Part shown: positions 1 through 12,597 of the stretch, one piece after another
Position numbering within the stretch: the first letter of the stretch is position 1
How the letters are laid out: every line of letters starts with the position of its first letter
Assembly: GCA_010093705.1 (NCBI GenBank)
Contig: MU006108.1
Coordinates: forward strand, 328,843-382,737
Length of the DNA: 53,895 nt
Direction of reading: 5' to 3'
From: Patellaria atrata CBS 101060
Taxonomy: Eukaryota
Translations under genes and position numbers: made by a program
Notes under the pieces: generated by a model
Database searches by the model: none
What the model saw: only the letters and a program-made list of their open reading frames with translations
What the model was told of the DNA's origin: nothing

Positions 1-10
1 GAGTCTCTGC

Positions 11-1471
11 TCAGGGTTTCTCGTTTTCCAAATCTGACCCTAAATCTAACTTTGAGCTCTAATGCTCGTCTTTCTGGACCGACTTTACTTCGGTTATCTT
101 CTTTGGTCCCCGGCATTCTAACGCTCTGTGTCCGGCCTTGCCGCAGTTGAAGCAGTTACCCGTAAACTTCCGAATAGTTGTGGTCTACTCCGTCACTTAT
201 GGTGTTATGGGTGAGGTGGTTCCTCCGCTCCCTAATCGGTATAAAGTTCTATTCGTCGTTATTAAGGTGGAAGTTATTCTAGTCGGTTTACCACGCTTCT
301 AACTCTCTCTACGGGCCTTACTAGCTTTGCCTGACCTTTCTAGCTCTCGTGCCTACGTCGTGGCTTTACTACAGTACTTCTGGAAGCTAATTTCGTCGTT
401 ACCCACGGCTTCCGCCATTGTTAGCCTTAGACTATCGTAGAGTCTGTCGTGGAGTTCCTCTTTCCACTGGTCGCGTGATAACCTGGCTTCATTAGCCAGC
501 CGGATGAACGTAGACTAGAACTTCGGAAAGTCCGCTAGGTAGCCTTACCTTAACTCCTTTAGTTCGTCTCTAGCTTTTAGTCGCCTGTTTAGGTCCTTAT
601 AGATCTAGTCTAGGAATCTCATTAGCCTTATTAAGGTTACGTCGTCCTCCTCCGATTCTAAGAAAGGGTACATATGTTCAGCTGCCTCGCCACTAATCCG
701 TGTCTTAATATAGGCAGTCTTCGCCCTTTCGTCTTGGAACTAGTCGCTGTTAACGTGGAGCTTGTCGTTTATCTTGCTCTTCCACTCCTTATAGGTTGGC
801 TTCTTGCCATCGGTTAGTTCTAGTGGATCGGGGAACTTCTTTATCTTATCGTCGCCCCTGCTCCTGAAGCTTCCGGTTAAGTCGACTGTTCCAGCTCGGT
901 CGTTACGACTACGTGGTGCCAATGGTTCTTCGTCGTTAGATTCGTCGTCGAACCGGACGCTTCTTCGGTCTAGTTTAGACTACTTAGTCTATCCCTTTAG
1001 GTCATCGATCTCGTCCTAGAGGCGTTCTATAGCTTCTTCGTTCGCTTAGCATACTTGCAGCTTCAGCTATAAGTCGGGCGCCATCTCGTTAATAAGGTTT
1101 ACCATCTTTCCGAGTTGTATCTCTCGAGCCATAAGCTTCGCTCTCGTGTGGAGGTACTCCGTTACGAACTGGTCTAGGTTTTCAGCTACCCATTCCTTCG
1201 CTCCGTCGATCGTATCGGCGTTTCGATCGTCTATAATAGCGGTACACCCAAGAGGCTTCCCTTCTTCTATCATTCCGGGGATTCCTCTTAGTAGGTTCTA
1301 TAGATCCGCTTCTAGAATATCGTCGGTGATCTACTGGTCGACCACTTCTAGCGTCGATCTGCGTCGGTGCATTTTTCCTTTTCCTTTTGATCCGGTGCTA
1401 CTCTCTACTCCTGGATCCATAGTTGGCTCGTTGCCCGTCTGCTTCGCTGAGGTTGCTGAAGGTTTAACCAT
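11..1471 (-). pseudogene. gag: Family A gag (487 codons, broken by RIP-type stops)
   Basis: ATG at 1471 and TGA at 11-13 are in frame with track ORFs 1067-1273 and 740-922 (KKFPDPLELTDGKKPTYKEWKSKI). Intact zinc knuckle CFNCGKAGHRALEC at about 113-155. Confidence 0.9.
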
Positions 1472-1725
1472 CTTGTTTAGTTTACTATAATGTTTACTTC
1501 TCTAAGTAATTCGTATTCGTTAGTCCTGATCTCTTTCAAGTACTGGGTCGTCGTTATCGTCGGCGCTAATACTCTCAGGCACCGGATATCTCGTTACTAG
1601 TAGAGCTTAGCTGCTTACAGATCCCCGATCAGTCCGATGATCGTTTATCAGCTAGACTAATATCGTGCTCCGGTTGGAATATTATATCGCCTTTCTAGAG
1701 GCCGTTGAAGGTGAACTTAATCTAG

Positions 1726-1997
1726 TATAACAATGTAGTATAGCTGTAGTAATCGTATTTTAACTATCTCTATTACTAACTACTAAGTGTGGAGATTAAG
1801 TTAAGGAACAATAATATCGTGGGCCGAATGTCCGTATATAATAGTCCCGCCTTACCAAGCCTCGGCCCGACTATCTTCCGTTTAACCAATCAGCGCTTAG
1901 AGATCTTTTCCGCGTCCGACCCGGCAAAGATCTCTTGCAAATAAACTAAACACTCAGCATAGGAAATACGGGATTAGCATCGTGACACGTCGTTATA
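1726..1997 (-). repeat. Family A 5' LTR (272 bp), the least mutated copy
   Basis: Same length and sequence as the LTRs at 17191-17462 and 23653-23924; TG..CA ends RIP-converted to TA..TA; contains CCAAT- and TATA-like motifs. Confidence 0.92.
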
Positions 1998-4900
1998 TTT
2001 ATATTAATCTAGCTATTAAAAAGACTAATAGCTACTTTAATTAGACTTAATAAAAGGTTAAAGAGAAATATTAAAAATTTAGCGATAAAGTTAAATATAC
2101 TATTAATAATATCTAGTTAATTTTTAAGAAATTCTCTTAAAGATTAAAATAGTAAAACGACTCTAAATTCTTTAAAATCTTAAATAAAAAGATTAATCTA
2201 ATAGCTATAAACTTCTCTAATAATTTATCCTTTAAATTCTTAGTTAGTTTTTTACTAGATAGTGAGTTTAATATCCACGTTTATAATAATCTAGATATTT
2301 TTAAAATCGAATAAATAGAATTAGATTTAATATTTAAAATAGATTTTAAATCTATTCTAATTAAAGTTATTAAAAGCTTTAAAGTCTTTATAAATATATT
2401 ATATAAAAGAGACTATATCACTATAAATAACGTCTATTTATATCTATAATTTAGAATATCTCTAATTTTATAGTCTTAAACTTAAAAATAAAAAATATTC
2501 TATTATATATAAAAAAGGATCTTTAAGAATTTAGATAGAAACGAAATTTATAAAATTTATTTAATTAATACCCTATATATACTCTATTATATTAAGTTTA
2601 ATATTAATTAATAGCGCGTTATTATATTAACTCGCTTTATTTAATTAAGGCCGTTAATATTAACTCTTATTAAGAAATAGTATAAAATACTTATATATTT
2701 AGGATTTAAGACTCTCGAATATCTTTAAACGAATATAATTAAAGTTAAAATCTTTAGTAAAGATTTTATTATAATTAAATATAAAATTTACGCTTTAACT
2801 AAATTAATAAAGATTATTTTATAAAGATTAAAAGTTATTTTACTCGTAATAAAATCTTTTAAATAAGTTACTTTTAATCTTATTTACTTTAAAGATAGTT
2901 ATAATAGAAGTAAATACGTATCTCACTTCTATAATAAAGTTATTAGCTAATATAAAACCGTATTTTACACTTAAAAAAACTAAGTTAGCTAAATTTATAA
3001 ATATTTTATTATTTATATTAAAGCTCGATTTAACTATATAATTATCTATTTTAAATGTGATAATAAGAATATTTTTATAGTAGAATTTTACGATCTACTC
3101 GTCTTAAAAGATAATATATTAAAACTATTAATCTTTAGTATTTAGACTTAAAATAAAGATATTAAAACTTCTAGAAAAATATTAATAATAAAGATTTACT
3201 CTTTATAAATTAGTGTTAATTTATCTTATAATATCTAGATTAAATTAATTAATATAGCTATATATTTAGTTAATAGGACTTCTTAAAAACGGCTTAACTA
3301 GAAAATATCGTATAAAATAGTTATTAATAGGAAACTAGATCTTAATTATTTAAAAATATATAATTATAAAGTATATATTTTAAAAAAAGATATATCTAAA
3401 CTTTAAAAACTCGATTCACGTATCTATATTAACTATCTAATTAAATACGATTTATTAAATATCTTTAGAATCTAAATTCTTAATTATAAACACGTTTTCT
3501 TCTTAAAAGATATTTATTTTAATAAAAGCGAGTTATATAAATTTTAAGTTATTAATATTAATTATATTTTAAAGAAATTCACTAAAGATATTATTAATAT
3601 AATCGAGATACTAGCTAAATTTAAGACTATAGTCTTATAAGAAGATTTTCTAGTTATACTAAATAATAATAATAATTTTTTAAAATTAAAGATTACCTCT
3701 AAACTTATTTTTACTTTTAAAGATATAACTAAAAATAGTCTTATACTATTAGCTAATAGTAGTGTTATATCTATTTAAAGATTATTTAATTTTTATCTAT
3801 TTAACTTAAAAGCTATATTAGATAATATTAACCTTTAATAATAAATAATAACTTTTCTAAATTAGTATTATAACTTTTATAATATCTTAAATTTAACTTT
3901 TAAAGACTTATTTTATTAGCTTATTTAGAAGTTTACCTAAGATTTAATAAAGAATATTTAAGATATTTAGAATTTAGCTTAAAATAAACCTAATTTCTTT
4001 ATTTTATTAAATACTATAGCTTATATTAGAAGTTTATAAAATACGGCTCTACGAGTTAATTTAATCTTATTTAACTTTTTAGAATTAAATATACTAATTT
4101 CTAAATATCGTTATAACTAAATAAATTATAACGCGTTATTTATCTCCTTTTTAGCCTTTTAAAAACGTGAAATCTAACTAATAAATTAGTTATATAAAAG
4201 TTAGCTTCTTTTAATATTAAATAGTTAAAAGTAAGCTCTTAATTACCCTTTTAAATAAAATTAAATAATAGTAACTATTTAAGAGTATATTAAACTATAA
4301 TATTATAGTATATTTACTATTAAACGAAGATTTAATCTACTAGAAAGAACTTAAATAATTCCCTTAATTTAAATTTAAATATATAAATATAATAAAAAAG
4401 AATTTCTAATTAAATTTAAAACGCGACTTTATATTAAAGGCGATTTATAATATATAAATCTAGATATCTATATTATTATTCTAACTATATATACTATATA
4501 AGCTATATTATCGATTATAGCTACTTTTAACCTAATAACTTATTATTTAGATATTATAAACGTCTTTATAAATAATTTATTTAATAAAAAGATATATTAT
4601 ATTTTATCTAATAAATTTATAACTTTTAAATCTATTCTTTATCTTAAATAAACTTTATATAATTTTAAAAGATCTCCTTTATTTTAATAGAAGATATTAT
4701 CTAGATTCTTTAAAAATTTAAGTCTATTTAAAGTATTAGATATTAATTATTTATATATAAATAACTAGTTAATTATATTTTTTTATATAAATAATATAGT
4801 TTTACTTTACTTATTATACTATTCTAAAGAATTAAAAAAGTTAAAATTTAAATTAATAACTTAATATTTAATAAAAGATTTTAGAGATTTTTAATACTTC

Positions 4901-6090
4901 TTAAATATTTATATTATATATAATTTAGATATATATAAGTTATAGCTATATTAAGATATTTATTTTAAGAATATCTTCTTAAAATTTAAATTAATTAAAT
5001 TCGATAGAAAAATTCTATAAATACTACTTTTATTTAATATTTTAAAATAGTTTATAATTTAGATATCTTCTTCTTAAATTCGTCTTTATTAGTAGTTAAT
5101 TAGCTTAATTATTTAGCTAACCTTAATAATAAGACTTAATATAGCTAAAGTAACTTTAAAACTATTAAAATACTTTATTAATCTATTAAAATAATATATT
5201 AAAGCGGTAAAATAAACTATTTATTATCTATATTATATTAGATTTTACTTTATTAAATATAGTAATAAATTATAAGATAATATAATCTTTATAATTATCT
5301 TAAATATATTATTTACTAATAATACTATAAATTATAAAAGTAATTAAAATTATCTATTTTTATTATTTAATAAACTAATTAATTAGAAAGCTTTAAAGTA
5401 AAATATAATTATTATATTAAGTATAAAAATTAAATTATTATTATTCTCTTTAATAGCTAAAGAGTTAATCTCGTAGAAATATCTTTTTAATTATATTAAT
5501 TTTAATCTAAAATAATAAATCTTAATTTTCTATAATAATTATTAAATTATATAGCTTTTTAAGACTAATACGCTTTAACTTATAATTAAACTTTAATATA
5601 TAAATATTTATTAATACTAACTATATTAAGAGGTTTAAAATAATATTATTACTATTAACTAGAAATTTATAATTAAGATATTAATTAATAAATTTATTAA
5701 ATTATTATTTTTATAGAAATATTAATACTTCCTCCTATAATTAAAAATAATAGATATTTAATATTATATTAAATAACTCGATTTAAGAAAAAAGACCTAA
5801 AATAGTTATATAATATAAATAGTTTCTCTTTAAATCTCTTAAGTTAGAAGAGTATATTAGACTAAAAAAATTAGTAATAATAGATAATTAAATATATTTC
5901 TTATTATTTTATATTAACTATTAGTATTATTTCTTTAATATAGCTATTTAATAAATATTAACGCTATTATTTATATATTTTTATATATTTAAATATTTAT
6001 TAAAATAATTATTAAATAATTAAGTAATATCTCTTTATTAATTTATATATTATAAATTTAATAAATATTTAATAAATAAGAGATATAATA
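1998..6090 (+). mobile_element. Ty1/Copia LTR retrotransposon relic (PR-IN-RT-RNaseH order, probable 3' LTR from about 5855; right end uncertain)
   Basis: RIP-degraded motifs in Copia order: protease LLDSEFNIHVYN (LDSGxxxHVCN-like) at about 2252-2287; integrase-like region about 2800-3450; RT YKYNKKEFLIKFKTRLYIKGDL at about 4382-4447 and FYINNIV (YVDD) at about 4781-4801; RNase H about 5310-5750; purine tract then TATTAG at 5855. Confidence 0.8.
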
Positions 6091-6599
6091 TTTAAAGATT
6101 AAAATTAAATAAAAGAAAAAGTTTATACTATTTAAATAGAAATAATCGAGATTATAGAGATAAAAACTAAATTTAAATATATAAAAAATAAAGATAAAAT
6201 TATTAGATATAATAAAAAAAAGAGATTTTAAAGCTTTTAAAAAAGTTAAAAGTAAATTAATATATTAATATATTTAGAATAAAGTTAAATATTTATATAA
6301 TTAATATTAAAGATTATTTATAAAATATTTAAAAACTAAATATAATTATTAGAGTTATAAATTTATATAAAATTAATTCTCTAATTTAAGATAAATTTAG
6401 AGAAGATAAAAATCTATTATTAAATAATAAGAAAGAATTTAAGGCGATAATATTAAAAAAGTTATCTATAAAATATTATTATCTTTTTTATATATTTTTA
6501 AAATATATATTAAACTAATTACCTTTTTATTAAAAGAGAGTTAATTATAATATTATATTAAAATAAGATAATAATTTAATAATAAATTTATTATATAAT
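6091..6599 (+). pseudogene. pol: Gypsy family C pol fragment (pre-RT region), host of A3
   Basis: 6430-6599 resembles but differs from the family A pre-RT region; it is cut at TSD ATAAT and resumes at 34957. Confidence 0.6.
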
Positions 6600-6871
6600 T
6601 ATAATAATATATTATAATATTAATTCTATATTTTCTATACTAAATATTTAGTTTATTTATAAAAGATTTTTACTAAATCGAATATAGAAAAGATCTTTAA
6701 ACGTTAATTAATTAAATAGAAAATAATTAAGTTAAAATTTAATAAAATAGAATTATTATATATAAATATTCGATTTATAATATTATTATTTCTTAATTTA
6801 ATTTTTATATTTAATAATTAGTAATAGAGATAATTAAAATATAATTATTATAATTATATTATATTATTATA
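6600..6871 (+). repeat. Family A 5' LTR of A3
   Basis: 272-bp RIP-degraded match to the A LTR, followed by the CTAGATTAAGTT leader. Confidence 0.87.
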
Positions 6872-9800
6872 CTAGATTAAGTTTATTTTTAACGATCTTT
6901 AAAAAGATAATATAATATTTTAACTAAAATATAATATTAATCTAATCGATAAATAATTATTAGATTAATCGGGGATTTATAAATAATTAAACTTTATAAA
7001 TAATAAGATATTTAATACTTAAAAGTAATAATATTAATAATAATAATAACCTAATATTTAAAAGAGATTAGAACTAATAAATATAAATTATTTAAAGAAG
7101 TAAATATTATAGTAAATTAAATTAAATAATTAAATTTTTAATAACTTTAATAAAATAGATAAATAATAAACTAATTATAAATTTAAAAGTAAAAAGTAAT
7201 ATTAAATTAAAAGAAAAAGAAAAAATATATTAATATAAATTAACGCTAAAAATAGTCGATTAGTAAATTACTAATAATATTTTAAAAACGAATTTATAGA
7301 ATCTATTAAAAGAAATTCTCGAAATAATAGAAAAAGAGAAGTCTTTTAAATATATCACTATTATAAATAATCGAAACGTCGATATAATCGATAAAGTGAA
7401 GGAATAAATAGTTAAAAATCTAGATTAATTTATAATAAAATATCTTTATATAAAAGTAAAATTTATAGCTTAAAAAATATAATTTAGAAAAATAATAAAT
7501 CTTATTAACGAGATAATATCTAATTTATAGCTAAAATTATAAGTATATTAAATAAATAAAGAAACTATAAAACGCTTTTAAAATAAAATCGATAATTTAA
7601 AAAAAATAGACTAAATAATCTAAACTAAATTAAAAAAATATCTAGTTTAATAATAAATCTAATAATAAAGAATTATTAATATTATATAATTATAATAATT
7701 AAGTTAGAATAATCGATTTAACTAAAAGCTTTAAAAGTAAAGGCGATAATAAGATAAAAAAGTTCCCTAATTCATTAAAATTAATTAATAATAAAAAGCT
7801 AATTTATAAAAAATAGAAAAGTAAAATAAATAATAAACTTTATATTAATAGCGACTAGTTTTAAAATAAAAGAGCGAAGACTATTTATATTAAAATATAG
7901 ATTAATAGCGAGATAGTTAAATATATATATTTTTTTTTAAAATTAAAGAAGGATAATATAATTTTAATAAAGTTAATAAAATTTCTAAATTAAATTTATA
8001 AAAACTTAAATAAACGATTAAAAGCTAGAAATAAACTAAAAAAGTTAAAATAAAATTATTTAATAGACTTTTTAAAGTTTTAATTTATATTTATCTAGTT
8101 AGCTAATAAAGTTAGGTTATTATATAACTAGTGAAAAAAGGAACTTCACGATAAACTTTATAATAATTTAAAACTAATAATAATAAAAATTGTAAATAAT
8201 AATAAAATTAACTTTTAGAAATACTATAATAAAGTTATAATATAAATATAAAAGTTAAAAAGATTAAATAAAGTTAATAAAACTTATAAAAAGAGTAAAA
8301 AGAGTAAAAAATATAATAAATTAATTAAAATAATTTCTATCTTAATAATAATAAATAGAATTTTATATTAATTAAAAAATAGAGAAACTATCTTATTTAT
8401 AATACTATAAATAATAAAGTAGACTATAATTATTTAGAAGTTTATAGATAACTACTTTAATTATAATAAAGCTAGATATAAAGCGTTAAAATACTAAAAA
8501 TTAAAGAAAATAATTAAAGTAAAATTAATTTAAAAAGACGAGTATTAAAGTTTAAAATCTAATTTAAGATTAAATTTAGAAAATAAGAAACTCTAAATAA
8601 AGACTTTATATTAAGATTAATAATAAAAGTATTAATAATACTAATTAATAATCTAATATTAGAAAAGCTATTTATAATATTATATTAAATCTTAAAAAAT
8701 AGAATTATAATATAACTTAAGGCCTTAATTAATATTAAAGTTTAAAAGTATATCTTATTAAATAAAAGATAGTTACTCGCTTTAAAATAATATCTTAAAA
8801 TTAAAGTTAGAAAGATAAACTAGAAGATTAAAATTAATATTTTTAATAATTTAAAAGTAGTATTAATTAATTAAATACTCGAGATAAGCCTTATAATTAG
8901 AGAATAAAGATAATTAACACTAATTATAATAATAAATATAGATTATAATAATATATTTATAAATAAGAAATAGTTCTTTAAAATTAATAATTTATTTAAT
9001 TATAAATATTATTAGATTATTTAATTAAAATAAACTATTATAATTAAAGACTAGTAATAAAATATTATAATTCTAAAAAATAAACTATAAATTTAAATTA
9101 ACTTATAATATTAATTCGATATAAATAATAAGATAAAATTATTAATAAATAAAAATATAATTAATAAAAAATATTAATTAACTAAAGAAGAAAACTATAA
9201 TTATTTTAATAGAAATAATTAAATTTATAGGCTAAAAATATTAACTTTAATCTTTAAAAGATAAAATTAAAACTATTAAACTTAATAAAAAGAAAGATAC
9301 CGGAACTTTCTAAAAAGCTAAAATTAAAGTTAAGTAAGCGGGTTAATATTACCGAAATTTATATAAATATCTACTTAATTAATAGAGAGAATTATCTATA
9401 GAATATAAAATATAAATATATTATTATAAATATTATAAGCTTATATAAGATTAACTCCTTAATATAAAATCGATTTATAGAAGATAAAAACTCTTTAAAT
9501 AAAGATAAAGATATCTATAAAACGATAATTTATAAGAAGCTATTTAAAGAGTATTATTATTTAGTCTATATATTCTTAAAATCTATATTAAATAAACTAC
9601 TACTATTTAGAGAAGATATAAACTATAATATAATATTAAATTAAGATAATAATCTTACTATTAACTCTTTATATAATATATTTATTAAATATTTATAGCT
9701 AATAAAGAACTATTTAAAGAAATATTTTTAGAATAAATTTATCGTTCTAAATAATATATTATATATATCTTTAATATTATTTATTAAAAAGTTAGAGAGA

Positions 9801-9898
9801 GGTTAAAGATTCTATATTAACTATAAAAAGTTAAATAATATTATTAAAAAGAATAAATATCTATTACTCTTAATTAAAAAAATATTAACGCGTCTCTA

Positions 9899-10508
9899 TA
9901 TTACAGCCACAAGTTATAGGAATATATAGATAACGAGTGAGGGGAAAGTAGGAACACTACTCGGGAGAACCACGGATAAAACTAGTAATAAGGGATCACG
10001 TGACTAAAAACTATAGACGTAAAGGATATAAAGGATATAAAAGGGGATCTATATCCACCACGTCTAGGACGTCTAGGTTATAGATATAATAGATATAAAG
10101 GATATAGAAGGAGATCCACGTCTAGAATAGCCACTACGTCTAAAAGGATGTAAGCACCCTAAATTAACTATAGAGGATAGGAATATTTAAGGACGGTCTT
10201 TCCCTTATATATTTAGATTCTTCGTAGTTATTCTTACTATCAATCTTACCTATAGATTTGGATGTTACGGTTTTAAACTTAACTTTATTTATCATATTAT
10301 TTCTATATAGTACGTCTTATCTCATTATAAGCGGTACCCGAAGTTAAGGAGTTAACGAGTTATATCGATAACTTAAAGTGCTTTTATTATACGTATCCTA
10401 TCACTTTACCAAACCTACCTTTATAGTTAACCACGTTAAGTGAGAAGCTAGGCGCGTTTCTAGACTTATCTAGTTCCGTCTTAATAAGTATAGACTCCCG
10501 TTATAATA
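9899..10508 (+). repeat. Family B 5' LTR of B1 (610 bp)
   Basis: Matches 16721-17190 plus 23930-24069 and the reverse complement of 25942-26552 and 32765-33375. Confidence 0.93.
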
Positions 10509-10539
10509 TTATAACTACCACGTAATAGGAAAGCGTATA

Positions 10540-12597
10540 ATAGACCTAGACACGATATCGTTAGCCGTAGCTAATACGAAGACGGATAAAGAATATATCT
10601 AAGCGTTATATAAACGTATTAGCGAACTTGAAAATAAAGGGACGGTCTAAGAACTTAGGGACTAGCTCGAACAACTTATCGTATAGTTGCTCTCACTATA
10701 AAAGCGAACCGCGAAAGTTAAAGAACCCGCACTATATAATGGTAAACGAGACGAGCTAAGAGGATTCTTAACCTAGGTAAGGATCTATTATAAAAGAATA
10801 GGGCTAACGGATAATAGTGAACGTGTACTCGATATATTAACGTACCTTAAAGGAGACGCTCTAGAATAGTTCGAACCTATTACACGAGACTATCTTAAAA
10901 ATAGTGAAGAACACTAGAAAGACGAAATAGTGGAGATCTTTAAGTCGTTTCCAAAGTTCGAAGAAACGCTTAAGAACGTCTTTAGGAAAGTCGATAAATA
11001 ATAAATAGTTAAAAGGAAGCTCTAAGGACTTAGATAGAAGGAGTTAACTTCGAAGTATATAACTATATTCTAGTAGGTAGTATCAATATTAGATTAACTT
11101 AATAAACCACTAATAATCGCCTTCTATTAAGGTTTAAAGGAAGAAGTGAAGGACGAATAGGTTTATTATAAAAGACTAATAACTATATAGGATATAATAA
11201 CCTTAGTAGTTAGAATAGATAATAGGTTATACGAGCGTAGATAGGAAAAGGGAGGATAGAAGAATATTATAGTTAGATATAGAAAGAAGATAATAAGGGC
11301 TATAAATAGATAAGATTAGAGAGACCCGATAGACCTTAACCGACTATAATAAATAAAATAAAAGAAGTCGAAGAAATAACGATAGTTTATCTAAGAAGAA
11401 AGAGAACGTTTTACGAATAGAGTATATCTATAATATAGAGAAGTGGGATATTTTAAGAGAGACTACCCACGGAAGACGTAACTAGCCTCGCGATATAACC
11501 GACGTATATAACTTAGAGTTATATACTTAACGCCACTATCACTAGTCTTATCGCTCGAAGAAGGAGAGATTAAAGAAATGCCGCTACCCTACTAGATAGG
11601 GGTGAGTAGGCTATTAACGCCGTTCCCAATAGTAGGAAACTAGCTAGAGGAGGGAATACTCCGATAACGTTTAGATAACTAATAATATTAGGCGTATAGA
11701 AACGTATATATATATATAGTATTAGAATGCCTAGTATAGAACTAAGGTTAGAAAATTAGAGTATAAATATCTAACGGACCGAGCCTTATATACCGGATTA
11801 TAAAATAATAATAACGGCTCGAACAAGAATTCCAAGACTAGGAGCTAGTTAAACCTAAATCCCACGACGATAGAATTGTCGAAAAACAATAATTAAACCT
11901 TATACCGAGGGTAGAAGACTATTTAGCCTTTCGATAGATATAATATAAAGAGGATAACTACTTATATTATAAATAGTAGAAGATTATAACGAAGTTTAGG
12001 GATCGAGACTCTATCTATATACACTTACTTAAAAGCGAATACTAGGTGGAAGGATGTAAAATCCACGAAGACGAAATAAGAAAAGCTAAAAAGAACTAAG
12101 AACTCGAACCACTAGTAGACGATTATAGAAAGTACGATAGTTTCGACTATATAAATAAGTTTAGGTGTAGGCGACACTATTAAACGCTAATCTATATAGA
12201 ATATATAGTAGCGACGTGGGAAAACTACGAATATAGTACGGAGTACTAATACTATAAAGATTTAGAAGAAGAGTTCTATAAAGAAAAAGTATTCCCGTAG
12301 GAAATAAAAGTACTCTAAAACGATAAAGAAGTACCTAAACACGTTACTAAGTATAATATATAAGACTTCGGATAATACGTAATAAGAGGTATATAGTGTG
12401 ACTATTATATAGTATAGAGGTAGAGAGTAGGAATTAAAAGTAACCCTAGCCACGACGTAGTTATTAAAAGAGAGTGTCGAGAGCTCGAATACGAAGAACA
12501 CCGTAAAGGCCCGTATTACGATAGACACGATAGACTATACTAGGCTAAGTGTATAGAATTCGGTTATCTAGTGTATAGCTATATAAAAAACTACTAA
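10540..12597 (+). pseudogene. gag: Family B gag (686 codons, RIP-disrupted) with a long Cys/His-rich C-terminal extension
   Basis: KVKEPALYNGKRDELRGFLT and LKGDALE*FEP motifs; RIP-degraded CCHC knuckle at about 11424-11466; ends AAAAAAC-TAC-TAA; same 2058-bp length as in B2. Confidence 0.85.

Larger units (their letters stand above)
1..1997 (-). mobile_element. Ty3/Gypsy family A, copy A1 (5' LTR, leader and gag; continues off the window start), lightly RIP-mutated, inserted in the Copia relic
   Basis: Reverse-complement match to the full-length copy at 17191-19190; LTR at 1726-1997; gag with CCHC knuckle. Confidence 0.93.

Noticed and set aside
804..1490. Plus-strand ORFs 804-1019 and 1146-1490
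   Set aside because: Ser-rich antisense shadows of the A1 gag with no recognisable motifs.
12262..12528. Hydrophobic 88-aa ORF, with a twin at 30745-31011, as a possible membrane protein
   Set aside because: Antisense to gag with a GTG start; the F/Y/I/L richness follows from RIP-driven AT bias and the twin reflects B1/B2 homology.
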